A stretch of DNA of 64,000 nucleotides, from IMG/VR virus record IMGVR_UViG_3300025858_000010, positions 1 through 64,000 of that record, one strand, 5' to 3'. The notes beneath the pieces are model-generated. The model was not told the origin of the DNA. It was given only the letters and a program-made list of their open reading frames with translations, and made no database searches. Shown one piece after another: positions 32,998 through 44,122 of this stretch (the first letter of the stretch is position 1; each line of letters starts with the position of its first letter). The translations under genes were made by a program, and so were the position numbers. This DNA is from a virus. Lineage: Duplodnaviria > Caudoviricetes.

Positions 32998-33309
32998 ATG
33001 GACGGATGCTTAAACGGTGGATTTCAAGTGAAAAAAATTGATCCATCAAATGAATTAATGGTAATGAACGATTTTAATAGTAATGTTAATTTGGTTATTG
33101 ATGGTGAAATCCTGACACAAGAACAAATTTTAAATAAATATTATTATTCAAATGAAGCTTTTCAAACAATGAAAAACAATGAATTTACTGTAAATAAAGC
33201 TAAACCATTTAAAAAAGAAATAGAAATACCGGATGAACCAAAACCCTTAGAACCAGGTCAAGTTGATCCTGTTGCTTTTTTTGGCAATTCTATGAAAGGA
33301 TTGTTCTAA
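32998..33309 (+). CDS. Hypothetical protein
   Basis: ORF in operon. Confidence 0.55.
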   Translation: MDGCLNGGFQVKKIDPSNELMVMNDFNSNVNLVIDGEILTQEQILNKYYYSNEAFQTMKNNEFTVNKAKPFKKEIEIPDEPKPLEPGQVDPVAFFGNSMKGLF

Positions 33310-33500
33310 AAATTTCTAACTGATCAATATTTATATTTTGTATCATATGATTTGCTACGAACTGATACATTATCATTACCAAAATCAATTGTTTTCGCCC
33401 ATGTTCTTGATTATTTTCTGTTGAACTCCAACATAAATCGGTATCAAAATTACCAATAATATCTTTTTGTAAATACATTAGATTCAATTCATCTACGCAA
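33306..33500 (-). pseudogene. DUF1566 (Lcl C-terminal) relic
   Basis: DELNLMY...IGNF...WSSTE, then a frameshifted IDFGN...SVRNF. Confidence 0.55.
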
Positions 33501-33526
33501 GAATAATTTGATTCCTTTACAATGGA

Positions 33527-35688
33527 TTACCAAGACCCTCCTGCTCCGCCTCCACCACAAGTACCGCCGCCGAATCCGAATCCGCCGCCACCTCCGCCGA
33601 ATCCTCCTATTCCGCCTCCGAATCCGCCGCCGTATCCACTTCCAGAATGACTATTTTCTTCTCTCCTTCTTCTAGCTCTGCGTTCTTCCTCTTCTTTTCT
33701 TCTACGTTCATCTTCTTCGTTATTTTCACATCTTCTCACGATTTCTTCTAATAAATTTATCAATTCGTTTAATTTTGCGCTTATTTTTAAAACATCATCT
33801 GTTCCATTTTTGAAATCTTCATATTCTCTTATGCCATCATCAGCTAAATTTAAATCTCCTCTATTAAGATATCCGCCACTTTTATATCTTTGAATTTTAA
33901 GATATAAATCTTTATAAGTTTCTTCATTTTGATTAATATATTTTTTAGCTTGAATTATATCATTATATTTTTTAATTGGTTCGTGTATAGAACCTGATAG
34001 GGCTACCTTTTTTTCACCATATTCTTCTAATAAATTTATAGCCATTGGAAGATCATTCATAAAAATAGCTCCCATTTGATCAATATAAATTTTAAGATTA
34101 TTTATGTCATCTTCTGTAGCGTTTAGCTCGGTTTTGTATCCGAGTTCTTCTACTTTCTGATAATAAGATTTTGATTTTTTTAGATCGTTAACGAGATCCT
34201 GTTTTGCATCTTCAAATTCTTTAATTTGAAAATTAATCGTTTCTAGTCTATTTGCATATGTTTCATATTCTTTATAATGTTCTAAAACTCTGTTCATTAA
34301 ATTTTTATATCTTCTTACTGATTCATCGCTAACATCGACTTTATTAAAAGTTATTTGACTCAAAGTATCTAGAATATTTTTCGCAACATCTTGCATTTGT
34401 GTTGGTTTATTTTCATAATTATTTAGAATTCTTCCTATGTTTTCACATTTATTTTTAATTGATATTATATCTTTTTCTGCTTTTTTAATTCTGTTGAGAC
34501 TTTCTATAATTTCTAAGATGTCATTTTCGACAATATCAAGAGTTTTTTCTTTTCCTATTCTTTTGGTTTTTAATTTATCAACAGATTCTTTTAACATCGC
34601 AAGAACTTTATCATCATCGAATATTTCATCAGGACCCATCCCTCGAGATATTTCAATATCCAATCTATTTAGAACATTCTTAACTTTATCGATTCTTTCT
34701 CTCAATTTTCTTCTTTTTTTAATACTCGAATATATTAACCAAGAAATTAAACCCATTGCTAATGTCAGTAATGAAAATTGACCCAGGCCAATAAAAAATT
34801 CTTTAGTTTTTTCTTTTTCTATTTTATCGTATTTGGCATCTAAATCTTTTTTCATTTGAATTGGAATAGAACCAAATTCTTTTTTCATTCTTTCAACAAG
34901 TTCAATAAATCCTTTATCGTAATCTCCTTCTTTAAAATTTGAAGATAAACAATTTTCACCAAATCTTTTACATAAAGCATCAGGTAATAATCCTTCCATA
35001 CCATAACCCGGTTTTATAAACCATTTTCTGTCTCCCATCGAAGCCAAAATCAAAATACCATTATCGTTTCCTTTTTTACCCACTCCCCATTTATTAAACA
35101 TTGTTCTTGCATATTCCTCTGGACTGTTAAAATTGCAATTTCAACTCCAGTCAATCTCTCGTATGAAAATAATACACCATTTAATGAATCTTCAATGCTT
35201 TTTTTCATGAAATCTCCATAATCACTTATTAGTGCAATTCCATTACCATATTTAGCTGGTTGTATTTTATAAATGTCGGTACCTACTTCAGACGTCATAG
35301 AAGGACTAAACGTCCATTTATAATAAGTATCATCATCTTCACTATAACTATCACAGTTTAAATATGTAATTACTTGACCTATACTTAAATTATATCCATT
35401 TTTTTTATTAAAATCTATCAATAAATCTTTTATATCATCTTCATCTCTATTACTAACTGTTTTTTCTCTAGTTAAAATACCGGCAAATTTACCAAGTTCA
35501 ATTGAATTTTTAGGAAGACTTTTCACCCATTCTATTTTTGTTTGAGTGTCAGATGCTTGTATTTTAGGTGATACTATTCCCATATTGAGAAGTAACATAA
35601 ACGTTGCAAGCCAATTTTTCCAACTGACTTCTTCGTTTAACTTATCATTATTAATATAATGAGCGTAAGAAAGTATATATTCTCCCAT
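33527..35688 (-). pseudogene. TPM-domain membrane protein split by a frameshifting deletion (ORFs 35050..35688 and 33527..35101)
   Basis: GVEIAILTV | EEYARTMFNKWGVGKKGNDNGILIL...GYGMEGLLPD; TM helix, coiled coil, Gly-rich tail GGGAGGSW. Confidence 0.7.
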
Positions 35689-35705
35689 TTTAATTCATTT
35701 ATTTT

Positions 35706-36281
35706 TTAATCTGTCCATTCTTCTTCACCGTAAGGATCAACGTTTTTATGTTTTTCTCTTTCTTTTAATTCCAATTCTCTATTTTTAAATGATATTACGT
35801 TTCCATTTTCCACACAATAAAAAACATCATCGTTTTCACTATATTTACTATTATAAAGGTTTTTATGAATCTCGTTTAAATAAAATACTGAATCCATCAA
35901 TGATTGCAGAATATCTTTGAATGATTTCTGATCAGTTAATTCTCTATGCACCAAAAAATCAGACAAAAATTCAAACTCATCATCAAAATCAAAATCCTCT
36001 ATATAAACTTTATATTTTGATAATCTGTAAAAATATTTGCACGCATCAAGAAAGAAAGATATTGATTTATCGTAATAATAATGATGTCTATCTTCAATTA
36101 AATTGGCCTTAAATAATCTCCTGTAAAGAAGAACGTTTTTTTTCAATTCTAAATATTTATCTATGGTTTTTTTAATTTCTCTATCTTTTAATACAGGATT
36201 ATTAATTTCTTTTTGAACCTGCGTTTTTTTATTGATTTTAAACCAATTTAAGTTTTCATTAAATGATAATAAATGTTTCAT
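35706..36281 (-). CDS. Hypothetical protein with leader and C-terminal DPYGEEEW
   Basis: MKHLLSFNE ... VDPYGEEEWTD. Confidence 0.7.
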   Translation of the reverse strand: MKHLLSFNENLNWFKINKKTQVQKEINNPVLKDREIKKTIDKYLELKKNVLLYRRLFKANLIEDRHHYYYDKSISFFLDACKYFYRLSKYKVYIEDFDFDDEFEFLSDFLVHRELTDQKSFKDILQSLMDSVFYLNEIHKNLYNSKYSENDDVFYCVENGNVISFKNRELELKEREKHKNVDPYGEEEWTD

Positions 36282-36398
36282 TTTGAATTTATTTTTTTAA
36301 ATTTTCTTTTCTTAATTTTATTTGGTTCATCTAATATTTCGATCGATTAAATCGTGTTTACCTTCAAAAGTATTAAATTTTCTTATCATATATTATTA

Positions 36399-36806
36399 TT
36401 AATTTTCATACATATTTATATCTTCTATATTAACACTTAAAATATCACACATGTTTTGTAACGTATCATATTTCACTATTCCAAAGTTTTCAATATATCC
36501 GACTAGTTCTTTACCTTTCAAAATATTATCTACGTTTTGTACTGGATATGGATCATTAACGTATCCTATTATATCAAAATCGAAATAAAAAATATTTTCT
36601 TTTTTCGTAGCTACCACATAATAATAATCTTTCCAATTCCCTTGTCTATCATTTATTATTCTTTCCTTTTTCTTTGCTAAAAAATGACTATCTTGACCAA
36701 TCACATAAATAACATACAAATTATTATTATCTTCCCAATCCTCTTCATCATATGGATCTAAATCATTTTTAATTTCAAATATTTTAAATTTCGTAATAAT
36801 TTCCAT
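36399..36806 (-). CDS. Hypothetical protein with leader and DPYDEEDW
   Basis: MEIITKFKIFE..DLDPYDEEDW. Confidence 0.7.
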   Translation of the reverse strand: MEIITKFKIFEIKNDLDPYDEEDWEDNNNLYVIYVIGQDSHFLAKKKERIINDRQGNWKDYYYVVATKKENIFYFDFDIIGYVNDPYPVQNVDNILKGKELVGYIENFGIVKYDTLQNMCDILSVNIEDINMYEN

Positions 36807-36890
36807 TTTTCTTATATATTAAAAAAATAAAACAAAAAATATATTTTTGTATATATGACATATTGACACGTTAGAAAATATCATATATAC

Positions 36891-36905
36891 CGGCATAATT
36901 TTTGA
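36891..36905 (+). promoter_or_regulatory. Sigma-54-like -24/-12 promoter upstream of dnaK
   Basis: CGGCATA-ATTT-TTGA versus consensus TGGCACG-N4-TTGC. Confidence 0.4.
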
Positions 36906-36937
36906 ATGATACAAGAAAAATAAAAAAATAAAATTAT

Positions 36938-38818
36938 ATGAATATGAAAAGTAATAAAACTATTGGGATTGATTTAGGAACAGTGAACTCGGCTGTTGCT
37001 GTTATGGAAAATGGAGTGCCTGTTATTATTGTAAATAGTGAGGGAGAAAGAACAACACCCAGTACTGTGGGTTTTACAGATAATGATAGGAAAGTCGGTA
37101 ATCCGGCTAAAAGACAGGCTGTTATGAACAGTGAAAGGACTGTTCATTCTATTAAAAGACTTATCGGTGAAAAATTTAAAAATTTAACAAACGAAATAAA
37201 TAGATATAGTTATAAGATAGTAGAAAAACATGAAACTCCTTTTGTTAAAATTGATAACAAAGAATATTCCCCGCAAGAAATATCAGCAATTATTCTTCAA
37301 AAAATGAAGAAAACTGCTGAAGATTATCTCGGTCAAGAAGTAGAAAAAGCGGTAATTACAGTACCTGCTTGGTTTAATAATGATCAAAGACAAGCAACTA
37401 AAGAAGCAGGTGAAATTGCGGGGCTTAAAGTTGAACGTATTATAAACGAACCAACAGCTGCGGCTCTAGCCTACGGACTTGATAAATTGAAAAAAGATAT
37501 GAAAGTCGTTGTGTTCGATTTTGGAGGAGGAACATTTGATGTTTCTATTCTAGATTCTGGTGATGGTGTATTTGAAGTAAAATCTACTTGTGGTGACGTA
37601 CATCTAGGTGGTAATGATATCGATGATGTAATCATAGATTGGTTGGCTAAAGAATTTAAGAATGATAATGGTATGGATTTGAAAAAAGATCCAATGGCAT
37701 ATCAAAGATTGAAAGATGCCGCTGAAAAGGCCAAAATTGAATTATCTTCAAACACAGAAACAGAAATAAATCTTCCGTATATAACATCTGTAGATGGTGT
37801 GCCTAAGCATTTGATATATAAATTGAATAGGGCCAAATACGAACAAATTGCTGATTCTGTTTTTAAAAGACTTATTCCCATTTCTGAAAAAGCCATAAAT
37901 GACTCCGGAATTAGTAAATCGCAAATAGATGAAGTTATTCTAGTTGGTGGCTCAACTCGTATTCCAGCTGTAAGAGAAATTGTTAAAAAAATATTTGGTA
38001 AAGAACCAAATAATTCGGTTAATCCTGACGAAGCGGTATCTTGTGGTGCAGCTATAATGGGATCGATTTTATCTGGAGAAATCGACGATATTCTTTTACT
38101 TGATGTAACACCATTATCTTTGGGTATTGAAACCATGGGTGGTGTGATGACAAAACTGGTAGAAGCCAATACTACAATTCCAACTAGCAAATCTCAAATA
38201 TTCTCCACAGCATCAGATAATCAACCAGGAGTAGAAATTCACGTATTACAAGGTGAAAGACCTATGGCCAAGGATAATAAAACGTTGGGTAGATTCCACC
38301 TTGAAAATTTACCGCCAGCTCCAAGAGGAATTCCACAAATTGAAGTTTCTTTTAATATCGATGCAAATGGAATTATGGACGTTAAAGCTGTTGACAAGGC
38401 AACTGGAAAGCAACAAACAATCAGAATCGAAAATTCATCTTCAATTCCAAAGGAAGAAATAGAAAGGATGAAAGATGAAGCAAAAGAAAATGAAGAAACA
38501 GATAAAAAAGAAAAAGAAAAAATAGATAAGTTAAATCAAGCTGATGCCATGATTTTTCAGACAGAAAAACAAATTAAGGAATTATCTGAAAAATTAACAG
38601 AAGAAGATAAAAAAGATTTAAATGATATTGTAGAAAAACTAAAGGATTCTCATAAGAGTCAAAATGTAACAGATGTAGATAAATATCTATCGGAATTAAA
38701 TGAAAAATGGAATTTAATTTCAACTAGATTATATCAAGAAACATCATCTGAACAACAAGGACCAAAAGCAAAAGACGCAGATCCGGTCGAAGATGTTGAA
38801 TTTTCAGAAGTTAAATAA
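36938..38818 (+). CDS. dnaK: Chaperone DnaK (Hsp70)
   Basis: [60 protein letters not shown]. Confidence 0.97.
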   Translation: MNMKSNKTIGIDLGTVNSAVAVMENGVPVIIVNSEGERTTPSTVGFTDNDRKVGNPAKRQAVMNSERTVHSIKRLIGEKFKNLTNEINRYSYKIVEKHETPFVKIDNKEYSPQEISAIILQKMKKTAEDYLGQEVEKAVITVPAWFNNDQRQATKEAGEIAGLKVERIINEPTAAALAYGLDKLKKDMKVVVFDFGGGTFDVSILDSGDGVFEVKSTCGDVHLGGNDIDDVIIDWLAKEFKNDNGMDLKKDPMAYQRLKDAAEKAKIELSSNTETEINLPYITSVDGVPKHLIYKLNRAKYEQIADSVFKRLIPISEKAINDSGISKSQIDEVILVGGSTRIPAVREIVKKIFGKEPNNSVNPDEAVSCGAAIMGSILSGEIDDILLLDVTPLSLGIETMGGVMTKLVEANTTIPTSKSQIFSTASDNQPGVEIHVLQGERPMAKDNKTLGRFHLENLPPAPRGIPQIEVSFNIDANGIMDVKAVDKATGKQQTIRIENSSSIPKEEIERMKDEAKENEETDKKEKEKIDKLNQADAMIFQTEKQIKELSEKLTEEDKKDLNDIVEKLKDSHKSQNVTDVDKYLSELNEKWNLISTRLYQETSSEQQGPKAKDADPVEDVEFSEVK

Positions 38819-38848
38819 AAAAAAAGCCATCGATAGATGGCTTTTTTT
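38819..38848 (+). terminator. Intrinsic terminator after dnaK
   Basis: AAAAAGCCATC-GATA-GATGGCTTTTTTT. Confidence 0.8.
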
Positions 38849-38907
38849 ATTTAATTTTTTTTAATTAGATTATTTTTTATTATATTTACAAAAAATATAA
38901 TTATTGA

Positions 38908-39087
38908 ATGATAAGACAAAGATTTGATTTAATTTGTTCACAGACAGGTGAGGTCTTTTCTATAAATGATATTCAATTTTATAATTTATATGAAAACGAT
39001 CTAATTTATCTGAATTATGAAAAAGAATATTGGTACTTTAATGAAGAAGACATCAATAAAGTGAATAGAATTATTAAATGTTTATAA
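38908..39087 (+). CDS. Small protein resembling the N-domain of family-C LRR proteins
   Basis: Manual translation MIRQRFDLICSQTGEVFSINDIQFYNLYENDLIYLNYEKEYWYFNEEDINKVNRIIKCL. Confidence 0.45.
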   Translation: MIRQRFDLICSQTGEVFSINDIQFYNLYENDLIYLNYEKEYWYFNEEDINKVNRIIKCL

Positions 39088-39100
39088 AAAAAATAGAAAT

Positions 39101-39889
39101 ATGATTATTCTAAAAACTATTATAGTTTCGGATATTCATCTGGGAAATCCATATTCCAATTGGAAATTATTAGATGAATTTTTAAAAAACAATAAATGTG
39201 AAAATTTGTTCTTGAATGGTGATATTATAGATGAACATTATTTAATACAAAATAATAAACAATTAAATAAAGAAGAATTGGAATTTTTATATAAAATAAC
39301 TAATTCGAAAAATTCAAAATATATAATTGGCAACCATGAAGTATTTAATCATATAATACATAGTGATGGTGAGTTTTGGGATAAATATAATGTGAAAGTT
39401 TATGATTATTTTCTCTATCATCCTGGTGTACCATATTCTTGGTCAAGATATTATATTTCACACGGACATAAAACAATATTTAGAAATCCAATAACATCAA
39501 ATCAACGAATACTAAATTTAATAGATTGTTTCATTAGATTTGTTGCAAAAATACAAAAAATCCATAAGGGAATTATTTTCCAAAAAGGAAAACTTGATGT
39601 AACAGAAGGAGTAGAATTTGAAATATTATCTAATGATTCTAGGAAATTTTTCAAAACAGCTTTAAAAATTGTAAGCGGATTTAAAAAGAAAGCGAAAGAA
39701 TATCATATGGCTTATCACGCTGATGGAATTATTTGCGGACACATACATCATCCAGAGATCAAATATTTTAAATCAAAATATATATTCACTGGAAAATTTC
39801 CGTATTTAAATAGTGGAGATTGGTTAGAAAATAACAGCGTATTGGTTCAAGATATTGAAGGAAATTGGGAAATAATAAAAATGAATTAA
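39101..39889 (+). CDS. Metallophosphoesterase (LpxH-like family)
   Basis: SDIHLG, NGDIID, GNHE, SHGH, CGHIH, YLNSGDW. Confidence 0.85.
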   Translation: MIILKTIIVSDIHLGNPYSNWKLLDEFLKNNKCENLFLNGDIIDEHYLIQNNKQLNKEELEFLYKITNSKNSKYIIGNHEVFNHIIHSDGEFWDKYNVKVYDYFLYHPGVPYSWSRYYISHGHKTIFRNPITSNQRILNLIDCFIRFVAKIQKIHKGIIFQKGKLDVTEGVEFEILSNDSRKFFKTALKIVSGFKKKAKEYHMAYHADGIICGHIHHPEIKYFKSKYIFTGKFPYLNSGDWLENNSVLVQDIEGNWEIIKMN

Positions 39890-39914
39890 TTTTCTTTCTT
39901 ACTTATGCTTTCCA

Positions 39915-40289
39915 TTAGTTTGGTAGTTGATTTATTATGCTACACTCATAGAGATATAATTTCTTATTAAAAAGAAATTTAACCATATCGTGATTAATGA
40001 TTTTAACGTCATTAAAATTGTTATAAATATCATATATAGTTTTATCACCATCAATAATATTTAAAAAATAATAATCAGGAACAATTTCATCCTTAATCAA
40101 ATTATATGTACAATTAGATAGAAAATTTTTCAATTTCATATATTTATTTTTAATATTATCATCATCAACTAAAAATTTATCAATATGATTTAAAATATCA
40201 TCAATAGAAAATTCATTTTTAGTCTCTTTTTTAGTAGATCTACCCCACCCACTAAAAAAATTTTCATTAAATTTTTTGATGTGTTTCAT
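39915..40289 (-). CDS. Hypothetical protein with leader MKHIKKFNE
   Basis: ORF with a late-promoter-like motif at ~40305. Confidence 0.65.
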   Translation of the reverse strand: MKHIKKFNENFFSGWGRSTKKETKNEFSIDDILNHIDKFLVDDDNIKNKYMKLKNFLSNCTYNLIKDEIVPDYYFLNIIDGDKTIYDIYNNFNDVKIINHDMVKFLFNKKLYLYECSIINQLPN

Positions 40290-40332
40290 ATATTTATTTT
40301 TTTATTATATATATAAATATTTCAAAAACGAA

Positions 40333-40701
40333 TTAATTATCTTTCTTACTTATTTCCAATAGTCTATTATAAACAATTTCACCATATTTACTGGCTGTTT
40401 TCATACTTTCCATCGTAACTATTCCCATTTTACTTAAATATATCTTACCTATTGGCGTTTTATAGAATTCTATTATTTCCAAGATTTCTTCGTTAGTAAA
40501 GTATTTATCATAGATAATAATGGTTTCTTTTTGAATATCTTCAACGATATCTTTTATATCATCTGGTTTAATTTTATCAGAATTGAAATTCGGAATTAAA
40601 TGTTTTATTGAATCTATAATTGATATAGCAATATTTTCATTAGATTTAGTTCCTCCATTTATTTCTAATAAATTTTTAATATTTTGCATCTTTTCGTTCA
40701 T
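40333..40701 (-). CDS. DUF2059-like protein
   Basis: IYDKYFTNEEILEIIEFYKTPIGK. Confidence 0.7.
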   Translation of the reverse strand: MNEKMQNIKNLLEINGGTKSNENIAISIIDSIKHLIPNFNSDKIKPDDIKDIVEDIQKETIIIYDKYFTNEEILEIIEFYKTPIGKIYLSKMGIVTMESMKTASKYGEIVYNRLLEISKKDN

Positions 40702-41243
40702 GTTAAAAATTTATTTTTATACAAATCATATATAGCTTTTTTTCCATTTTCATTTATTTCTCTTGTACCTATTCCTGCAAATTTTTCAGTTAAAATTGGA
40801 ATATAATCTATTTTTATAAACTTATAAAAAACATATGAAAATGTGTACCACAAATTTTCATTTTGTTCAAAAACAAATACATCTTTTTTATTGTCAATTC
40901 CCATCATGCAACACCAACCCGTTCCACCTTTAACTCTTTTCATATCATCCTCTAATACACCTACAGCAAATATTGCATCTGATTCGTTTACTTGATACCA
41001 ATTCCTAGATAATAGATTTTTAACATATTTACTCAATTTACCTATATATCTTTTAAGATTCTTATTGGCCATTTTAACGTGTTCAAATCCTTCTTCTAAT
41101 TCATCATCTGTTAATATTTTTGTATGATTGGATTTTGTTTTATGTCCATTGAAAGAATATGCAATAATATCAACATCATATTTTTCACAAAATGATTCGA
41201 ATAACATATCAGTTCCTTCAGCTCCTCCAGATCTACAAATCAT
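40698..41243 (-). CDS. SLOG/DprA-Rossmann-like nucleotide-binding protein
   Basis: SGGAEGTD, RNWYQV, GGTGW, FAGIGTR. Confidence 0.55.
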   Translation of the reverse strand: MICRSGGAEGTDMLFESFCEKYDVDIIAYSFNGHKTKSNHTKILTDDELEEGFEHVKMANKNLKRYIGKLSKYVKNLLSRNWYQVNESDAIFAVGVLEDDMKRVKGGTGWCCMMGIDNKKDVFVFEQNENLWYTFSYVFYKFIKIDYIPILTEKFAGIGTREINENGKKAIYDLYKNKFLT

Positions 41244-41249
41244 ATTTAA

Positions 41250-41774
41250 TTATTTTTTTGTGCTACCAAAACCTCCTCTATTATCAGATTTTAAATCATC
41301 AACTTCAATAAATTGAATTTTATTATCAAAAATCCATTTAATTTTAACCCACCAAGGTGCAAACATTGTTGGTCTAATTTCGAATTGACAAATTCTATCT
41401 CCTTCCATAACTCTATATTCACCTTGATAAATTCTTTCTCCATCCACAATTCTATATTCGTTATGATGTTCTTTTAATGCAATTGCGCTAAATTTCCAAA
41501 TATCATCATTTCCGCTATATCCATTTGATGTCTTATCAGGACCATCTATTATACCTGTATGATTTGCTTGTATTATTCCAAATTTCATATAAGTTGAACT
41601 TCTAGGTACAACATTGGCTTGAAAATATTTTGGCAATTTCATAGATACTCCGAGTGAAATTAATTTATGATCAGAAACGTTCATTTCAACATTTTCAGCA
41701 GATTTTAAATCGATCCAATTTCCAAAGGATTCTATTTTACAATTTTTATTATGGTACTTAATTTTTATTTTCAT
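41250..41774 (-). CDS. dut: Trimeric dUTPase
   Basis: PRSS, GIID..YSG, GDRICQF, RGGFGST. Confidence 0.9.
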   Translation of the reverse strand: MKIKIKYHNKNCKIESFGNWIDLKSAENVEMNVSDHKLISLGVSMKLPKYFQANVVPRSSTYMKFGIIQANHTGIIDGPDKTSNGYSGNDDIWKFSAIALKEHHNEYRIVDGERIYQGEYRVMEGDRICQFEIRPTMFAPWWVKIKWIFDNKIQFIEVDDLKSDNRGGFGSTKK

Positions 41775-41881
41775 AATTTGTTTTATTTTTCATTTATTTT
41801 ATTGGTCATTAATTCAAAAGTTTAATAAAATAAAAGAGGAACTAATCAGCCCCTCTTTTATTAAAGTAATTCAATTTTGAA

Positions 41882-42772
41882 TTACTTTATCACATTGCCA
41901 GTTTCTTCATTTACAACAGAAATATCATCTAATGGTTTATTAGATACATCATTTATTGGTTCTACTACTCTACCTACTAATTCTCCTTCTGTAGAAAGAG
42001 CTCCACCCCACAATTGAAAATCGGAACTAATTCTTTCAATAAGAACATTATAAGCATTATAAAGTTTTATTCTTTCACCGATTTTAGTTAAAATTTGTAA
42101 GAAATTATAATGTTCCTGCGTAATTCCTTTTACTTTATATTTAGATATAAGATGATAAAAAACTATAAGATCTTTTACATTTATATATGTCAAAAAAGTA
42201 CCATCATCTTGTTTATTGAAATCTTTATCGAGATAATTTTCTTTAAGATCTTTAAGTTGGAATACTTCATTTTGATCATATTCTAATTTGTCTCTAAATA
42301 CTTTGAAAATAAATTTTACTTCTTCAGCTGTTAGAGGAAAACTAAAAGTTAAAAGACCTAATTTTTTTTGATAAACATTAAATAAATATTGAGCAATATC
42401 ATAAATTTTATCTTTTTGATCTTCTGTCATATTTCTAACTTCATCTATATTTGGATCATATCTTTTTATCATATTAATAAGATTTTCTTCTTCTTTATTA
42501 AAAGAATCAACAAAATCAGAATTTAAAAAATTTTTAGCATCCTTTTCTATGATATTTTTAGCTTCTTGTAGTTTGACATATTGTTTATGTTCATCTGTTT
42601 CTTCTTTTTGTTTTAAACTAATAATAAGTTCATGACTTTTTTCTATGTCAAATTCTTTATCACTGGCGAAATCAAAACTATCTATTTCGTCAGTTGAAGA
42701 TACTACATTGTAATCGACTTTCTTTTCTATTTCATCATCAATAATAAATTTGTTCAATTCTTCTTTTTCCAT
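41882..42772 (-). CDS. Hypothetical protein
   Basis: 296-aa ORF. Confidence 0.65.
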   Translation of the reverse strand: MEKEELNKFIIDDEIEKKVDYNVVSSTDEIDSFDFASDKEFDIEKSHELIISLKQKEETDEHKQYVKLQEAKNIIEKDAKNFLNSDFVDSFNKEEENLINMIKRYDPNIDEVRNMTEDQKDKIYDIAQYLFNVYQKKLGLLTFSFPLTAEEVKFIFKVFRDKLEYDQNEVFQLKDLKENYLDKDFNKQDDGTFLTYINVKDLIVFYHLISKYKVKGITQEHYNFLQILTKIGERIKLYNAYNVLIERISSDFQLWGGALSTEGELVGRVVEPINDVSNKPLDDISVVNEETGNVIK

Positions 42773-42852
42773 TGTATTTTTATTTATTTTTGGTTTTATA
42801 TATTACACGTTCGCAAAAGTTTAATAAAAAGGGGATCAAATTTTTTATTTAA

Positions 42853-43272
42853 TTATTCACTACTTCCATTGAATAACATATTATAACTTTCACTGAAAGA
42901 GGCTTGTAATTTATCGCATCTTGAATCAATCTTTGAATTGAGATTTGTTATTTGAGTATCTATATTGCCATATATTTCTACATGTTTATGATCCATAGAT
43001 TTGTTTAATTCAATTATCTTATTATATAATGCTTTGTCTTCTTTATATATCCTATCGTTTATATCATTAACTGAATCCTTTATCCATTTTTCATGATATT
43101 GAATAGTTTCACTTGTATTTTTTTTGAATTTCATTAACTTAAATGACGTTATACCTAACCACGTGAGAAACGCAACTAGACACACCCCAAAAATGGTCGA
43201 CAAAATTGTTATTATAATTATATTCATGTTTATTTTATTTATTTTTGTTTGACCCCTTTTTAATATATTCAA
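42853..43272 (-). CDS. Membrane-anchored coiled-coil protein
   Basis: N-terminal TM helix followed by heptads (IDSRCDKL). Confidence 0.55.
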   Translation of the reverse strand: MNILKRGQTKINKINMNIIIITILSTIFGVCLVAFLTWLGITSFKLMKFKKNTSETIQYHEKWIKDSVNDINDRIYKEDKALYNKIIELNKSMDHKHVEIYGNIDTQITNLNSKIDSRCDKLQASFSESYNMLFNGSSE

Positions 43273-43324
43273 TGTCGGGACTTTCGACCATTCGTAAAGT
43301 CCCCTGTGTCAGTTCAGAAATATG

Positions 43325-43579
43325 CTATCCGATCGCAGGACCCGGTGCTTTGTTATAATCAAAAGTGCCTTCATCATAAATATCAGCAATTTGTTCTATG
43401 GTTTCAAGATTACATTTCTTCATGATTTCCATGAGTGTTTCAAATTTATATTGTTCATCTAAATTTTCATAATATTTTGGACCAATTTTATCTCTAATTA
43501 TTTTTCTCTCTTTTTCACTTAAATATTTGATAGATTCCAATATATCTTCAAATGTTATTTCTTTTGTATAATTTTTCAT
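43325..43579 (-). CDS. Hypothetical protein
   Basis: ORF in operon. Confidence 0.55.
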   Translation of the reverse strand: MKNYTKEITFEDILESIKYLSEKERKIIRDKIGPKYYENLDEQYKFETLMEIMKKCNLETIEQIADIYDEGTFDYNKAPGPAIG

Positions 43580-43597
43580 AACTATAATTTATTTTTT

Positions 43598-44071
43598 TTA
43601 TTTCCATTTACCGGAATATGATTTTTTACTTTTCGGTGTTATTTGACTTTCTTGTTCTTTTTTATCTTTTTTTTGTTTTTCATATTCTTTTTGAAGACGA
43701 TTTGCGTTTTCTACGAGTTTTAATGTAAATTTTTCAATAATGCCACAAGATGTATTAATTTCTGGTTCTTTAATTCTAATCGTACCTTTTTCTAAATCAA
43801 ATTCAATTTTATCTATTTCTTGTTCTATAAGAATTTGTTTTGTTTGTTCATCAAAATTATTAAAATAATCTTCATTAAAAATAACAAGTACATCTGCATC
43901 TAATAAGTAAGAATATGTATCTGTGATTTTTGATATTTTAACGAGTTTTTTTTGTTTACTATTTGCCACGTATACAAATTTAATATCCATCGGCATAGAA
44001 AAACTTTCTTCAATTTTTTTAAAGTATGTGATAATTTCATCACTTAAACTTTCGTAACTCTCTTTAGCCAT
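43598..44071 (-). CDS. Phage metallopeptidase-like fold protein lacking HExxH
   Basis: DVLVIFNEDYF...ILIEQEI...IRIKEP...IIEKF pattern. Confidence 0.4.
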   Translation of the reverse strand: MAKESYESLSDEIITYFKKIEESFSMPMDIKFVYVANSKQKKLVKISKITDTYSYLLDADVLVIFNEDYFNNFDEQTKQILIEQEIDKIEFDLEKGTIRIKEPEINTSCGIIEKFTLKLVENANRLQKEYEKQKKDKKEQESQITPKSKKSYSGKWK

Positions 44072-44122
44072 TTAATTTTATTATTTTTTATCCTATATAG
44101 GATTTTTCTTTAATTTCCATAT

